DNA of 47,985 nt from Methanobacteriaceae archaeon (GTDB lineage Archaea; Methanobacteriota; Methanobacteria; Methanobacteriales; Methanobacteriaceae). The stretch is taken from NCBI GenBank assembly GCA_003558085.1, contig PWMT01000144.1, positions 1 to 47,985 on the forward strand, in the 5' to 3' direction. The position numbers and the translations under genes are program-made. Within the stretch, counting starts at the first letter, position 1, and the number at the start of each line of letters is the position of its first letter. The notes beneath the pieces were generated by a model. It did no database searches. It had not been told where the DNA came from and saw only the letters and a list, made by a program, of their open reading frames with translations. This document shows positions 11,169 to 23,722 of the stretch, piece after piece.

Positions 11169-11627
11169 CTAAAGCATGCTCAGTAATGTTTCCAGTCCCT
11201 GCTGTAAGCCCTTACCTTGTAAGGCGATAGTGGGAATGATGTTTAGTGCAGAATCCAGGTTCAATTCTTTTAATCCTAAATCCTGTTTATTGGCAAAAAC
11301 CACATAAGGAACTTTATTTAACTCCAAATGTTCCATGATCTTCTTTTCCCTGGAACTGATACCTTGGGAGACATCCACCACCACAATAGCTGCATCTATA
11401 CCATTATATAGTATTTCTCGCATGAATTGGAATCTTTCCTGGCCAGGAGATGCAAAAAGATGCACTTTTTTTCCATTAACCATCGTATTTCCATAATCCA
11501 AGGATATGGTGGTGCCCTGGTATTCTACTTTAACTTTTTTCTCACACAAATTATCTAAGGTAGTGGTTTTACCTGAATTATAATCACCAAAGATAACCAC
11601 TTTGGTTTCTTTATTTTTTCGGCTCAT
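11169..11627 (-). CDS. Small Ras-like/MglA-type GTPase (COG2229)
   Basis: G1 [23 protein letters not shown]4 NKQD. Confidence 0.85.
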   Translation of the reverse strand: MSRKNKETKVVIFGDYNSGKTTTLDNLCEKKVKVEYQGTTISLDYGNTMVNGKKVHLFASPGQERFQFMREILYNGIDAAIVVVDVSQGISSREKKIMEHLELNKVPYVVFANKQDLGLKELNLDSALNIIPTIALQGKGLQQGLETLLSML

Positions 11628-11885
11628 GTTATCTCCCCACTGGTTTTTGGAGAAAGTAAAAGTAAATTAATTCTGGTCTTTTATATTCATTAATGTAATT
11701 ATTGGAATGGCTTATTATAATTAACTTGAAAAATTTTAACTTATTTACCTAAACTATCACCCTAATATATTATTACTCTTAACCATAATCTCCTAAGTTT
11801 AAATCAATTATCCTACTAGTAAGATTAATCTTAAAAAAAATAATTCCCTAAGTATAAATCATTAAACTATGTGAGTAGGGGTCTC

Positions 11886-13160
11886 TTATGCCTGCAGTTT
11901 CATCTGCCCCCCTAAACTAGTCATTACTTGGGGAAAGTCAGGGAAGGATACATCATAGACATGGCCATTTTCAATGATTATTCCCACTTTCAGGCCAATT
12001 AAACTTAAGGCCATGACCAGGCGATGGTCTCCATGTGAGTTAACCACTCCTGATTGAACTCCTCCTTTGATTATCATCCCATCTGCTTTTTGTTCTACCT
12101 TCAGCCCTAGTTTAGCTAATTCCTGGGCACAATTATGGATACGATCTGTTTCCTTATAACGAGCGTGTTCCACTCCACTAATTTTAGTGGTACCTTTTGC
12201 TACTGCCCCTAAGGAGGCCACGGTAGGTAAAAGATCAGGGGCATTTTTTAAGTTTACCTCTATTCCTTCTAATTCCCCGGTGCTACTAATCTTCACCTTG
12301 TCTTTAAAAGTCTTAACAGACGCTCCCATTTCCTTAACTATATTCAAGATTAGCTTATCACCTTGTTTAGAATCTTGAAAAAGATTTTTAATGGTCAGGT
12401 TTCCTTTTAAAATAGAAGCAGCGCTCACCAGATAAGATGCTGAAGAGTAATCTCCTTCAATGGTGTAATCTTTTCCCTGATAGTACTGGGGTTCCACCCA
12501 GAAAATAGATTTATTCGAATCATAATCCACTTTAACTTTGAATTTTTCCATCACATCCAGAGTCATGTCCACGTAAGGCCGGGATATGAATTCTCCCTCT
12601 ACTTTTAATTCCACTCCCTCTTGGGATAGTGGTGCAGCTATCAGGATAGATGAAATGAATTGAGAACTCACCTTACCCCGTATGGTTGTAAATCCTCCTT
12701 TGAATCCACCTTCAACTATGATAGGTGGTTTTCCGTTCATTCTACTGGAAAAGGCATTTACATTTAAACCTTGCAGTGAATCTAATAAATCTTGCATGGG
12801 TCGGTTTCTTAAAGAATCATCACCACTTAAAATAGTATAATCAGGAGCTAATGCTGCCACTGAAGTCATAAGACGTAGAGTAGTACCTGAATTTTTAACA
12901 TCCACCACATTAGTAGGTGTTTTCAATTTACCATTGGTACCCTCTACCTGCCAGTGCCCAGTTCCCTGATCTATCTTAGTTCCCATTAAACGACAGGATT
13001 CCAGGGAAGCCCAGGTATCTTCTGATTCTAGAGGATTTCTTAATAGGGAGTTCCCCTTAGCTAAGGAGGAGATGATGACCCCACGATGAGTGTAACTTTT
13101 AGAAGGTGGTGCTTTAAGTTCACCTTTAATACTGGAAGATTTTTCTACCACGAGTTTCAT
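11886..13160 (-). CDS. aroA: 3-phosphoshikimate 1-carboxyvinyltransferase (EPSP synthase)
   Basis: [37 protein letters not shown] motifs. Confidence 0.96.
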   Translation of the reverse strand: MKLVVEKSSSIKGELKAPPSKSYTHRGVIISSLAKGNSLLRNPLESEDTWASLESCRLMGTKIDQGTGHWQVEGTNGKLKTPTNVVDVKNSGTTLRLMTSVAALAPDYTILSGDDSLRNRPMQDLLDSLQGLNVNAFSSRMNGKPPIIVEGGFKGGFTTIRGKVSSQFISSILIAAPLSQEGVELKVEGEFISRPYVDMTLDVMEKFKVKVDYDSNKSIFWVEPQYYQGKDYTIEGDYSSASYLVSAASILKGNLTIKNLFQDSKQGDKLILNIVKEMGASVKTFKDKVKISSTGELEGIEVNLKNAPDLLPTVASLGAVAKGTTKISGVEHARYKETDRIHNCAQELAKLGLKVEQKADGMIIKGGVQSGVVNSHGDHRLVMALSLIGLKVGIIIENGHVYDVSFPDFPQVMTSLGGQMKLQA

Positions 13161-13241
13161 TAAATCACAATAATATTATCTGCTGCAAAAACTATCCCTT
13201 TAGATATATTATAAGAAATTAAATTTGAATTTTTATGATGG

Positions 13242-15899
13242 TTATGTAACGATTTCCAATACTATATCTTTATTTTCCAAGTGGAGGATGTCTACCTTTT
13301 CCCCGGTTTCAGCTACCATTTCTTTTTTCATGGCCAGATATTCCAGGCTAATTTTATGGTCATCTATAATTAATTCTCCCTCTTCTTCTAGGACCAAAGC
13401 AATTTCTTGTGGATCCTGTGACTGTATATAGGCTACTATCTGGGGAGCATCACCTTTGAATTCTGGACCGATTTTATTCATTAAAGGAGTTATTTCAACC
13501 ACTTTTTCTCTAATATCCGGATATCCATGGATAATTTTAAGATTTTCTATACGCATGGTTCCTTGAATATCATTTAATACTGGTTCTAAAGTATTAATTA
13601 ATTGTGTGGAAGTAGTGTAAATGTTGATTTTGTGCAAAGGAGTATTAAGTGGTATTCCTTTAGATGATTTATATCTTCTGATTTCTCCAATGATTTCTAC
13701 TCCTAAATTACCGATTTTTTCTATCTTAGAATCAATTAAATCCTCTCTAACATCACTCCAGGGCATTTGATGAATGCTAATATCAGGATGTAGATGCTGA
13801 TAAATTTCATCACAAAAGTGAGGAGTGATCGGAGCTAAAAGTTTTAAAGAAGTTTCTATGACAGTTTTTAGCGTATATTGAGCAGTTTTTTTGGATTTTA
13901 AATCTTCTTGATCATTGTAGAGTCTGTATTTAACTGCTTCTATGTATTCATCGCAAAAATCATGCCAGATGAATTTCTGTATTGGTTTGATAATCTGGGC
14001 AAAGTTAAATTCCTCCATGGATTGACTAACTTCTTGGACTAATTTATTTAATTTGGAGAGTATCCATCTATCTAGGGGAGTTAAGTCTTCTATTAGGTTT
14101 TCCTGGAATTTGTATTCAAAGATATGTATGCTAATAAATCTGAAGGCATTCCAAAATTTTCTAAGGAACTTATATCCATATTTAACATCTTTCCAGGCAA
14201 AAGGAACATCGGACCCTGGAAGACTATTAGAGGCCCACAGTCGAAGGGCGTCTGCGCCGTAATCCTCCAGAACTGATTCAGGGGATATAACATTTCCTCT
14301 GGATTTACTCATTTTATGTCCATCTTCACCGAAAACCATTCCATTGATAACAATCTGGTGAAAGGGTTCTCTACCGGTGAGAGCTTTACAGCGAAGGGTA
14401 GTGTAAAAAGCCCAGGTACGTATTATATCATGGCCCTGAGGACGTAAATTTGAGGGATAATACTCTTCAAAATCATCTTCTGGCCAACCAGCAATTATGA
14501 GTGGTGAAATAGAACTATCCATCCAGGTATCCAACACATCTTCTTCAGGGATAAATTCCCTTCCACCACATTTACATTCCTGGGATGGTTTAACCTGAGT
14601 GGGATCTACAGGTATCATGTCTTCAGTGGCCAGTTTAACTTCACCACAATCTTTACAGTACCATACTGGAATAGGGGTAGCGAATATTCTCTGACGTGAA
14701 ATACACCAGTCCCAATCCATGGAACCAGTCCAATTTAGAAGTCTGGTTTTCATATGTTCCGGTACCCATTCCATAGAATTGGCTGCTTCTTCTACCTGAT
14801 CAGTTAATTCTTTTACTGCTACAAACCATTGTTTTTTTACCAGAATTTCAATGGGAGACTTACATCTCCAACATTTACCTACACTTTGTTCTACTTTTTC
14901 TTTTTTTATTAAGAATCCTTTTTTTCCCAGTTCTTGAATGGTCTTTTCCTTACATTCTTCTAGGCTTAAACCTTCATATTTTCCTGCAGCAGAAGTCATA
15001 AGGCCTTGTTCATCAATAGCCTCAATAATATCTAGATCATGCCTATTAACCCAGGATACATCAGTTTTATCCCCAAAGGTACAGATCATAACTGCCCCAG
15101 TACCAAATTCAGGATCGACTTCACTATCCGAGATGATTTCTACTTTTTGATTGTAAATAGGAACTTGAACTTTTTTACCTTTTAAAGACTGATAGCGTTC
15201 ATCTTCAGGATGCACTACTACTGCTACACAGGCCGATAATAGTTCAGGGCGAGTGGTGGCTATCATCATACCTTCTTGATTATCTTCAGTGGGGAAGGTA
15301 ATATAATTTAAAAATGTTTCATTATCTTTATATTCCACTTCAGCAAAGGCAATGGCCGTCTCACAACGAGGACACCAATTTACAGGGTGTATCCCCTGAT
15401 AAATTAATCCTTGATCTTTCATCTTCAAAAAAGAAAGCTGAGTTTTTTTCATATACTCCGGGGTCATGGTAACATATTCTCTGTTCCAGTCCTGGGAGAA
15501 GCCTATACTTTGCATTTGGCTTTTCATGGTTTCAATATTATTACTGGTTAAGTCGATACACATTTTTCTGAATTCTTCCCGGGAAACATCATTTTTCTTA
15601 ATATTGAAGGTTTCTTCTACTTTTACTTCAGTGGGTAGACCATGACAATCCCAACCCTGTGGAAATAATACATCATACCCTCTCATTCGTTTATATCGAG
15701 CTATTATATCCATAAATACCCAATTGAGTACATGTCCTATATGTATGGACCCCGTAGGATAAGGAGGTGGGGTGTCAATTATGTATGAGGGGCGGGTGTC
15801 ATCTCCCCTGAACTGGTATAGTTTAGTTTCCTGCCACCTTCTCTGCCATTTTGCTTCTTTTTTATGATCATAATCTTTGGAAATGTTATCGGTAGTCAT
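13242..15899 (-). CDS. valS: Valine--tRNA ligase
   Basis: [34 protein letters not shown]. Confidence 0.97.
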   Translation of the reverse strand: MTTDNISKDYDHKKEAKWQRRWQETKLYQFRGDDTRPSYIIDTPPPYPTGSIHIGHVLNWVFMDIIARYKRMRGYDVLFPQGWDCHGLPTEVKVEETFNIKKNDVSREEFRKMCIDLTSNNIETMKSQMQSIGFSQDWNREYVTMTPEYMKKTQLSFLKMKDQGLIYQGIHPVNWCPRCETAIAFAEVEYKDNETFLNYITFPTEDNQEGMMIATTRPELLSACVAVVVHPEDERYQSLKGKKVQVPIYNQKVEIISDSEVDPEFGTGAVMICTFGDKTDVSWVNRHDLDIIEAIDEQGLMTSAAGKYEGLSLEECKEKTIQELGKKGFLIKKEKVEQSVGKCWRCKSPIEILVKKQWFVAVKELTDQVEEAANSMEWVPEHMKTRLLNWTGSMDWDWCISRQRIFATPIPVWYCKDCGEVKLATEDMIPVDPTQVKPSQECKCGGREFIPEEDVLDTWMDSSISPLIIAGWPEDDFEEYYPSNLRPQGHDIIRTWAFYTTLRCKALTGREPFHQIVINGMVFGEDGHKMSKSRGNVISPESVLEDYGADALRLWASNSLPGSDVPFAWKDVKYGYKFLRKFWNAFRFISIHIFEYKFQENLIEDLTPLDRWILSKLNKLVQEVSQSMEEFNFAQIIKPIQKFIWHDFCDEYIEAVKYRLYNDQEDLKSKKTAQYTLKTVIETSLKLLAPITPHFCDEIYQHLHPDISIHQMPWSDVREDLIDSKIEKIGNLGVEIIGEIRRYKSSKGIPLNTPLHKINIYTTSTQLINTLEPVLNDIQGTMRIENLKIIHGYPDIREKVVEITPLMNKIGPEFKGDAPQIVAYIQSQDPQEIALVLEEEGELIIDDHKISLEYLAMKKEMVAETGEKVDILHLENKDIVLEIVT

Positions 15900-16156
15900 A
15901 TGTTTCTCCTGTTGGATTTATAGGAAAGATTTTATTTATAGAAGATGATAATCTATTAAATCATTCTTAAAAAGGATAAATATTCTCCTGATTTTCTGGT
16001 TTCTTACACCATTAAAATAATATATAGGATTTATAGCAAAGTGATATATGTATTTGTATAAATTTGAGTTATAATACTAGCTAATTAGATAATAAACATA
16101 TCCCCTTATAAAATTAAGTATGCCCCCAAAAAGATGCTTATCCCTGGTGAAAAATA

Positions 16157-16513
16157 ATGGAATTATTGTGGTTTTATGTAGCATTGGTTCTAGCTATAAG
16201 TGATGAAATCCATACTAGAATATTGTGGAGTTTATTTTTTGATTTTTACATTGTTTTAGCTGGTATCCTACAACATAGTGTTTCATCTAACATACGCCTA
16301 TGGTTAATACATGAGTTAATAGAATCTGTATTCCACTTTTTGGTTTTGTCTTTAATTTTTCTATCATTTTCTATAGGTTTTATAGGGGCTCTGATTCATT
16401 TGTTAGTAGATATTTTCTATGAAATATCTGGAAATGATGACAGTCATCTTTACCACAGGTCGTTGCATTTTACAGTGGAATCTGTGTTTTTTATAATGTT
16501 ATTTGGACTTTAA
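16157..16513 (+). CDS. Small His-containing membrane protein upstream of pheT
   Basis: 118-aa hydrophobic ORF with GGTGA RBS; 29 bp before pheT. Confidence 0.75.
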   Translation: MELLWFYVALVLAISDEIHTRILWSLFFDFYIVLAGILQHSVSSNIRLWLIHELIESVFHFLVLSLIFLSFSIGFIGALIHLLVDIFYEISGNDDSHLYHRSLHFTVESVFFIMLFGL

Positions 16514-16542
16514 AATAAAAAATTAGAATTGGGAGAAAAATA

Positions 16543-18201
16543 ATGCCGGTTATAACTTTCGATTATCAGGACTTAGTAGATTTAGGAGTAAATATAGGCC
16601 CAGATAAGTTACTGGAAGTACTTCCTATGATGGGAAGCGATATAGAAGATTTTGAAGATAACAATTTTAAAGTAGAATTTTTTCCTAACCGGCCTGATCA
16701 ACTATCAGTTGAAGGTGTAGCTCGTAGTTTGAAGGGTTTTTTAGGTATAGAAAAAGGATTGCCCTGTTACTCTCAGAAAAAATCTAATATGAAGGTCTTT
16801 GTAGATGAAAAATTACAGCATATTCGTCCTTACATCAGTTTTGCTGTGGTAGAAAATATCACTATGGATGATAAAAAACTCAAACAAGTTATGGATTTTC
16901 AGGAAGACCTGCACTGGGTAATTGGAAGGGATCGAAAAAAAGTAGCCATTGGTATACATAATTTGGATGTAATAGAACCTCCCTTTTACTATAAAGCCAC
17001 TCTTCCCCAAGAGAATAGTTTCATTCCCCTGGATGTTGAGGAGGAGATGACTCCCGCTGAAATTCTAGAATACCATGAGACTGGAAAAAAATATGCTACT
17101 TTAGTTAATAAATATGAAAGATATCCCTTGATTGTGGATAAAAATAAGCAAGTTCTTTCTTTACCCCCTATTATCAATGGAGAATTAACTAAATTAACTG
17201 AAAAAACTAAAAACATCCTAATTGATGTTACTGGTACTGATTTAAAAGCAGTTAACCAGGCACTGAATATCATTTCCACTTCTTTTGCAGAAGCTGGTGG
17301 CAAAATAAAAAGTTTAGAAATAGTTTATCCAGATAAGATCATGGAAACCCCTGATTTAGATCCTAAAAAAAGGTTGGTTCAGGTGGAAAAAGTAAGGCAA
17401 ATTACAGGCCTAACATTAAATGAAGAGAATATACGAGAGTTATTAAATCGATCGCGTATGGATGCAGAGATAATATCTCCTCAGGAGTTAAAAGTATTGG
17501 TACCTGCCTATCGCCAGGATATATTACATGAAGTTGATTTGATTGAAAATATTGCTATCCAGTATTGTTTCAATAATATACACTCCTACTTACCAGATAT
17601 CGCCACCATTGCCCAAACCAATAATTGGTACTCTAGCGACAATATATTAAGGGATATCATGATAGGCTTGGGGTATCAAGAAGTAATGAGTTTGATGTTA
17701 ACCAATGAAGAGAACCATTATCATCGTTTAAGATTGGAAGAAAATGAGAGGGTGGAAGTGGCACAGCCCATATCTCAGGATCGGACCATGATCCGTAAAA
17801 GTCTTTTAAATGGTTTGATGGAATTTTTAGAGGATAATAAACACGAAGAGTTACCCCAAAAGATTTTTGAAGTTGGTGACGTGCTCTACTTAGACCCTCA
17901 TGAAGAGACCTGTACCCAAGTGTTTAAAAAAATTGCTGCTGCAGTAACGCACTCCCATGCAAATTTTACTGAAATTAAATCTACAGTAGCAGCTTTTTTT
18001 GAAAATCTAGGATATGAGATGGAAATAGATTCGTATGAACATCCTTCTTATATTTCTGGACGCTGCGCTAAAGTAAAAACTGTTTCTAATGAAAATCATA
18101 CCCCTATACTTGGATTTTTTGGAGAACTACACCCGGAAGTTATAAGCAACTTCCATCTCGAATACCCAGTAGTGGCTTTCGAGTTAAGATTTGAAAGTTA
18201 A
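16543..18201 (+). CDS. pheT: Phenylalanine--tRNA ligase beta subunit (archaeal type)
   Basis: MPVITF start, [50 protein letters not shown]. Confidence 0.96.
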   Translation: MPVITFDYQDLVDLGVNIGPDKLLEVLPMMGSDIEDFEDNNFKVEFFPNRPDQLSVEGVARSLKGFLGIEKGLPCYSQKKSNMKVFVDEKLQHIRPYISFAVVENITMDDKKLKQVMDFQEDLHWVIGRDRKKVAIGIHNLDVIEPPFYYKATLPQENSFIPLDVEEEMTPAEILEYHETGKKYATLVNKYERYPLIVDKNKQVLSLPPIINGELTKLTEKTKNILIDVTGTDLKAVNQALNIISTSFAEAGGKIKSLEIVYPDKIMETPDLDPKKRLVQVEKVRQITGLTLNEENIRELLNRSRMDAEIISPQELKVLVPAYRQDILHEVDLIENIAIQYCFNNIHSYLPDIATIAQTNNWYSSDNILRDIMIGLGYQEVMSLMLTNEENHYHRLRLEENERVEVAQPISQDRTMIRKSLLNGLMEFLEDNKHEELPQKIFEVGDVLYLDPHEETCTQVFKKIAAAVTHSHANFTEIKSTVAAFFENLGYEMEIDSYEHPSYISGRCAKVKTVSNENHTPILGFFGELHPEVISNFHLEYPVVAFELRFES

Positions 18202-18233
18202 TCCTATCTTTAAAATTATATGATTATATCCTG

Positions 18234-18261
18234 CCCCCCTTAAAGATAATCTTATAGGGGG
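18234..18261. terminator. GC-stem hairpin between convergent pheT and yjbQ
   Basis: CCCCCCTTAAAGATAATCTTATAGGGGG imperfect inverted repeat, located between the two stop codons. Confidence 0.5.
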
Positions 18262-18300
18262 TTTGATTATCTTAAAGAATTTAAGATATAAAATATACTC

Positions 18301-18711
18301 TTAATCTCCTATTACAGTTAAATTGACTTTTCGATTGCGAGGACCATCCAGCTCCACAAAGAATATACTCTGCCAGGTACCTAGCTCTAATTTACCTTTA
18401 TCTAAAGGTATGCATTGGCTTCCGCCCATTAAAACTCCTCTAAGATGGGAATCAGCATTATTATCAATAATGTTATGAGCATAATCCTCATTTTGAGGTA
18501 TGAGAGTTTCCAAAGAATTTTTAATATCTCTCAATAATCGCTGCTCATTTTCATTGATGATTATAGCTGAAGTGGAGTGACGGGAGAAAACATTAACTAA
18601 ACCCTTAGTAACTGCACATCCCTGGACTATTTTTTCTATATCTGGAGTTATATCTACTATTTCCACTCTTTGAGATGTCTTAATATTTACAACTTCTTTA
18701 ACTACTTGCAT
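18301..18711 (-). CDS. yjbQ: YjbQ/UPF0047 family protein
   Basis: HSTSAIIINENE, NADSH, LGTWQSIFFVELDGPR signature. Confidence 0.92.
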   Translation of the reverse strand: MQVVKEVVNIKTSQRVEIVDITPDIEKIVQGCAVTKGLVNVFSRHSTSAIIINENEQRLLRDIKNSLETLIPQNEDYAHNIIDNNADSHLRGVLMGGSQCIPLDKGKLELGTWQSIFFVELDGPRNRKVNLTVIGD

Positions 18712-18936
18712 ATAATTAACCCCCCCATTGAATATAAGGAATAGTTTCTCTTAAGGTGTGAAATGATTTACATGAAAATTTTATGTTATTCTACAATCAT
18801 ATAATTTATGTAAATAATTTAATTACCCTGAAAGTGGAATCAGAAAAAAAAAGAAGGCCTTATATATTACTTATTTATTAATTTAATAGTGAAATTCATA
18901 TAAAAAAGTATTTCCCTGTTCAGGAGGTCAAATAAA

Positions 18937-19143
18937 ATGAAATGGGTTTTTAAAAAATTTCCCAAGGAAAGTTTAAAGGTAATATATAGCATAATCTTTA
19001 CTAAATTTTTGTTTGGAGTGGGTTTGGGTGCTTTAATAGCCCATTATTGGCCAGTTTATAATTGGGAGTTCTATGGATGGTTGATAATCATTATATCCTT
19101 AATATTGGCCATACCTGGAATCTATAGTCTTTTTAGCAAATAG
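18937..19143 (+). CDS. Small two-TM membrane protein
   Basis: AGGAGG RBS; 68 aa with two hydrophobic segments. Confidence 0.7.
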   Translation: MKWVFKKFPKESLKVIYSIIFTKFLFGVGLGALIAHYWPVYNWEFYGWLIIIISLILAIPGIYSLFSK

Positions 19144-19214
19144 GTTTATTTTAAAAAAAGTAGTAGATTACTTTTACCTGCAAAAAAAAAATTAAAAATA
19201 TAAGATAAAAATGC

Positions 19215-19433
19215 TTGGATTCTGAATCTAACTTTTTTTTTGGGTATGCTGCATTTAAAAGCCCTAGGAGAAACCAAAATTTAGACTATTTTGACTTTTT
19301 TTTAGTAGGCTTGAGTGTAATTATTTTAACCTTTTTAATGTTCAATTTAAGTGATCTTGCCGGGATCTTCCAGCGATTAATTTTAATTCTAACTTTTAGC
19401 TGGTTAATATTCTTTTGGAGGGTACGAGAATAA
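19215..19433 (+). pseudogene. Probable C-terminal remnant of a membrane protein (DUF998-like)
   Basis: TTG start without RBS. Ends GIFQRLILILTFSWL, which resembles the G[LI]xQR..W C-terminus of DUF998 proteins. Confidence 0.3.
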
Positions 19434-19600
19434 GAAAAAACTAAATATAAATACTGAGAAAAAAGAGATCAAACAAATATTGGTGTATTAAAGATTTCAA
19501 GAAGGGAGCCCTGATAAAAAGGATATATAAGCCGTAATTGAAATCGCATATAAACCCAATAATAATTATTGAGATTATTGAGGATTAAAAAGGAGATCAT

Positions 19601-20878
19601 ATGACCATATGTTGTTTTCCTAATTGCGCCTATTTATCAGAAACCTCTCGTATGATTGCAGTTTATAAAAAACTATTAAATTTGGGTGAGAAACCGATCA
19701 TGGCCACCCATGGTGGAACTTACGAATTTGTTTTAAAAGAGGAGCAAATACCATTTGAATACGTTAAACCGATCATGACCAGTAAAAGAGCTCATGATTT
19801 TGTGGCAGCTAATCGTGGGGATAAAGAAATCCGCAAATTTGGATTTTATACTGCAGATGAACTACGGGAACATGTTAAATCCGAAATCGAGTTTTTCAAG
19901 GAGAATAATATTAAGGTGGTTTTAACCGGTTTTACGCTTTCTAATGCGGTTTCAACAAGAGCAGCAAGAATCCCCCTGGCAGTTACACATCTTGGCTCAT
20001 GGGTTCCACCTATATTTGAAAAGGGAATGGGAGTTCCAGGGCCTCCTATGATGGAAAAACCAATTATACGTTCCATACCTGAATCCTGGTTAATCCGGTT
20101 TTATAATTGGATAATGCCCCGGATAAAAGTTTTTACCAGGCCATTTAATGATGTTGCTGAAGAATTAAATATTAATCCTTTTAAATCCTTCATTGATCTC
20201 ATGATGGGGGATCTTACCCTGGTTACAGATGTTCCTGAGATACTGGGGATTCCTAAAAATGAAATGGAAAATTGGACACCTGAAAAACCGAATTTCTATA
20301 GTCGGGACCCTCAGCTGAAGTATGTTGGTGCCATTTATGCCAAATTATTTGGCCAAATACCTGATGATGTTAAATTATTTCTAAATACAGATAAGCCAAA
20401 GGTATATGTGGCCCTTACATCCAGCCGCCCAGATTATATTTCATCAGCATATTCCACCCTGAAGGATATGGAGGTAAGGGTTGTTTTTGTTTCCACCTAT
20501 CATAAGAAACCTGTCCAGAAATATCCCCATATTTTAATTAAGAAATATCTGCCCTCTCATCTAATAATGCCCTTAGTAGATTGCGTTATAATTCATGGAG
20601 GACAGGGCAGTGTTCAAACTGCTATTGCCTCTGGAACTCCAGTGGTAGGTTTTCCATTACAACCAGAGCAGAGATTTAATTTAAAAACTATAGAAAGACA
20701 TGGGGCGGGCATATCTTTACCCTTGGGGACAATTCACCAAGAAAATTTTAAAAAAGTTCTTGAGCAGGTATTAACCCGGGAAAAATTCAGGACCAATATG
20801 GAACGTCTTAAATACTACCAAAATCGATACAATGGTGTGTTAAATATAGCAAAATCACTTCAAAAACTAAAAAAATGA
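19601..20878 (+). CDS. GT1 (MGT/UGT-like) glycosyltransferase, GT-B fold
   Basis: AGGAG RBS; C-terminal nucleotide-sugar-binding motif YLPSHLIMPLVDCVIIHGGQGSVQTAIASGTPVVGFPLQPEQ. Confidence 0.88.
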   Translation: MTICCFPNCAYLSETSRMIAVYKKLLNLGEKPIMATHGGTYEFVLKEEQIPFEYVKPIMTSKRAHDFVAANRGDKEIRKFGFYTADELREHVKSEIEFFKENNIKVVLTGFTLSNAVSTRAARIPLAVTHLGSWVPPIFEKGMGVPGPPMMEKPIIRSIPESWLIRFYNWIMPRIKVFTRPFNDVAEELNINPFKSFIDLMMGDLTLVTDVPEILGIPKNEMENWTPEKPNFYSRDPQLKYVGAIYAKLFGQIPDDVKLFLNTDKPKVYVALTSSRPDYISSAYSTLKDMEVRVVFVSTYHKKPVQKYPHILIKKYLPSHLIMPLVDCVIIHGGQGSVQTAIASGTPVVGFPLQPEQRFNLKTIERHGAGISLPLGTIHQENFKKVLEQVLTREKFRTNMERLKYYQNRYNGVLNIAKSLQKLKK

Positions 20879-20925
20879 GTATAAAAACCAAATATGAATC
20901 TGATAATTGTATTAAGAGTTAAAGT

Positions 20926-21501
20926 ATGCTAAGGTGGATAATCTTATATGCTCTACTAGCAGCCGTCCTTTTCATTTTCACTTCATGGATGGTTACTAAA
21001 TCAGAAGGAATAGAAAGTAAAGTTTTTAGGCTAACACTTATGCTTACAGGTATACTGTTTCTAGGGGTTATGGTTTTAGTTATTCCTTTCATTCCCCAAC
21101 CAAGATTGGAAAATTTTTATCTGCAGTACCTGATAGGGATACCTCTAGCCATAATAGGAATGGCCTTGAGAGTTTATCCCATGCTATACTTTAAAAGAAA
21201 GGGGACTCGTTCAGATCTGGTAAAACCATCTAAACTGGTAACTACTGGCCCCTATGGCTTAGTAAGACATCCTCAATATGCAGCAGGGATAATTTTTATT
21301 ATTGGTTGGTTTTTAATCTGGGGAGGTATCTACAGCTTTTATGTGCTGACCCTGGTGATCATAGCTATATTTTTCCAAGCCCTGATTGAAGAGAAATATA
21401 TTCTGGAGAAGGAATTCGCTGATGAATATTTAGAATATAAGAAAAAGGTGGGGATGTTTTTTCCTAAAATAATTAGAAATAAGAACTTCATAAGGGATTA
21501 G
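20926..21501 (+). CDS. Integral-membrane SAM-dependent methyltransferase (ICMT/PEMT family)
   Basis: Multiple TM helices; LVTTGPYGLVRHPQY; EEKY...F.DEY..YKKKVGMFFP. Confidence 0.88.
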   Translation: MLRWIILYALLAAVLFIFTSWMVTKSEGIESKVFRLTLMLTGILFLGVMVLVIPFIPQPRLENFYLQYLIGIPLAIIGMALRVYPMLYFKRKGTRSDLVKPSKLVTTGPYGLVRHPQYAAGIIFIIGWFLIWGGIYSFYVLTLVIIAIFFQALIEEKYILEKEFADEYLEYKKKVGMFFPKIIRNKNFIRD

Positions 21502-21553
21502 TCAATAATAAAACCCCTTGGAGTAAAGAACTTATCTAACTGGTTTAAATATT

Positions 21554-22702
21554 TTAAAATTTATCTGAATCTAAAAATCGGGATATGAAACTATATAAGC
21601 TGCTTTTATTCTCATAAAATGCTTGGTGAGGGCAAAATTCCATGCAGCATAGACAATTAATACAGTGCTCATAATTGATTTCTGGTACTAGTGCCCCAGA
21701 TTGCATGGATTCTACGGGACAGCTTTCTACACACACATTACAATTTTGGCACTTTTTTTGATTAATAGCAGGCCGAGACCACCATAATTTCATGATAGCC
21801 CGGGCCAGGGAGGATGGCACCATTTCCAAACTATAATATATATTAGAAGGCCATTTGAAATCATCTATAATCGGTGGTTGCCATCCTCTTATGTCCATGT
21901 TATTAATATCACCTTCTCCTAAGCCTTGTTGTATTGCAATCCTATTTGAAGCAACTTTAGAGGGCGTCATACCTAAAATATGGCAGATATAGGTATCCAA
22001 GGCTAAACCATCTCTACTGGAGAGTATCATATTCAGGGGCTTAGCATCACCTCCAGAAGGTCCAGCTCCCTCCATGGCACAAAGTCCATCTACCAGGGTC
22101 AAATTAGGTTTACTTAGAGCATAAATATCCACCACCCTTTCAGAGAAGGCATAGGGTTTGGGATTTTTTCTATGAAAATCCACTTTACTTAAACCAGGCA
22201 CACTGCCATACATGTTCTTTAAGGCACAGGTGAATATGGTGAGACTGTGGGTTTTGATCTTGGGTAAGTTTATCACCACATCACTCTCTAGTACGGTTTT
22301 GCAAATAGGATATTTTCTCCCATTTCTCTTAAGTATATTGAAACCAGCTGATTCAAAATTAACCAATTCAACATCTAATTTTTCACTAACAGCTTTAAAT
22401 CCAGTAAGTTTCCAGAATTTTTCCATATCTTTAAACTTTCCTCCCGGACTATCCCCTATAAGAGGAGTGGCTCCCCTATCCAACACTTCCTGGGCCACTG
22501 CTTCAACTATTGCTGGATGGGTGGTTACATTTTCTTCAGGTAGGGCTGCCTGGAGCATGTTAGGTTTAAGTAAAACTTTATCATCTGAGGATATTATGGA
22601 ATCTAATCCCCCTAAATGACTTAGACAATCCTTCATCGCCATAGCTACTGTATCTGAATTATATGATTTACATTCAGCGACTGCAATTACTGTTTTTACC
22701 AT
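21554..22702 (-). CDS. DUF362 domain protein with C-terminal 2x[4Fe-4S] ferredoxin
   Basis: VLLKPN, TTHP, INLPKIKTH, ALKNMYG, MEGAGP; two CxxCxxCxxxCP motifs. Confidence 0.9.
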   Translation of the reverse strand: MVKTVIAVAECKSYNSDTVAMAMKDCLSHLGGLDSIISSDDKVLLKPNMLQAALPEENVTTHPAIVEAVAQEVLDRGATPLIGDSPGGKFKDMEKFWKLTGFKAVSEKLDVELVNFESAGFNILKRNGRKYPICKTVLESDVVINLPKIKTHSLTIFTCALKNMYGSVPGLSKVDFHRKNPKPYAFSERVVDIYALSKPNLTLVDGLCAMEGAGPSGGDAKPLNMILSSRDGLALDTYICHILGMTPSKVASNRIAIQQGLGEGDINNMDIRGWQPPIIDDFKWPSNIYYSLEMVPSSLARAIMKLWWSRPAINQKKCQNCNVCVESCPVESMQSGALVPEINYEHCINCLCCMEFCPHQAFYENKSSLYSFISRFLDSDKF

Positions 22703-22863
22703 AAATTAACCCTAAACTTTTTTTTCTATTCCATTTGGCTGAAAAACTAGATTTTAAAAGAAATGATATATAAATTTGTAAAGACAGATTAAATTTTATA
22801 TCTTTAAACTATAATATAAATACTAACGAATTTTTAAAATAAGCAATTTAGGAGGTTTTAGGG

Positions 22864-23577
22864 GTGAAAAAGTACCTAATATTGATTTTGGGTTTGACAG
22901 TAGTGATTTTATTTTCTGGATGTATCGGTTTAGGTGGTGCGGGGTCTGGAAATGTGGTCAACGAAACCCGAGAAGTTAGTGATTTCCAAGAGGTATCTTT
23001 AAGTGGAATTGGAAATCTGATAATAAGCCAGGGTGAACAGGAAACCTTAAGCATAGAAACAGATGATAATGTGCTTCCATACATAAATAGTGAAGTAAAA
23101 AATAATAGATTAGAGATCACTTATGATCCCAGAATGCCTGCTCCTACCGAGGGAGTTAATATTTACCTAAACGTGGTAGATATAAATGTTGTTGAATTAT
23201 CTGGTGCAGCTAAAATAGAAGCTAACCAGTTAAATACTGATAACTTAACCCTCAATATGGATGGAGCTGGACAAGCCAATATTGATAATATTACAACTGA
23301 AGAGTTATTTATAACTAATTCAGGTGCAGGTAGAATTACAATAAGCGGAACCACTGATCAACAAACCATAACCATTAATGGAGCTGGAGAGTATAGAGCT
23401 GCCGATCTAGTAAGCAGATCTGCTACTATAACTATAAATGGTAGTGGAAATGTGATATTAAATGTTTCTGAAATATTAAATGCCATCATAAATGGTAGTG
23501 GAAATGTGGAATATAGGGGAAACCCTGAAGTTGTAGAACAGATTAGTGGAATAGGATCTGTTAGACCGATATCATAA
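22864..23577 (+). CDS. GIN/DUF2807 (putative auto-transporter adhesin head) lipoprotein
   Basis: GGAGG RBS, GTG start, lipobox LFSGC; GSGNVVNETR, repeated [ST]GAG/NGSG beta-helix turns, VEYRGNP. Confidence 0.85.
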   Translation: MKKYLILILGLTVVILFSGCIGLGGAGSGNVVNETREVSDFQEVSLSGIGNLIISQGEQETLSIETDDNVLPYINSEVKNNRLEITYDPRMPAPTEGVNIYLNVVDINVVELSGAAKIEANQLNTDNLTLNMDGAGQANIDNITTEELFITNSGAGRITISGTTDQQTITINGAGEYRAADLVSRSATITINGSGNVILNVSEILNAIINGSGNVEYRGNPEVVEQISGIGSVRPIS

Positions 23578-23722
23578 TTAAGATCTATGATAAAGAAAAA
23601 TTAATAAAAAAAATTTATTATTTTTTATTTTTTTAAGCACTACCTGCAGCTAATTTATCAATAAAATTAGGTAATTTTTATAAATAAAAAAGAAGAGGGA
23701 ATATTTTTATAAATAAAAATTT

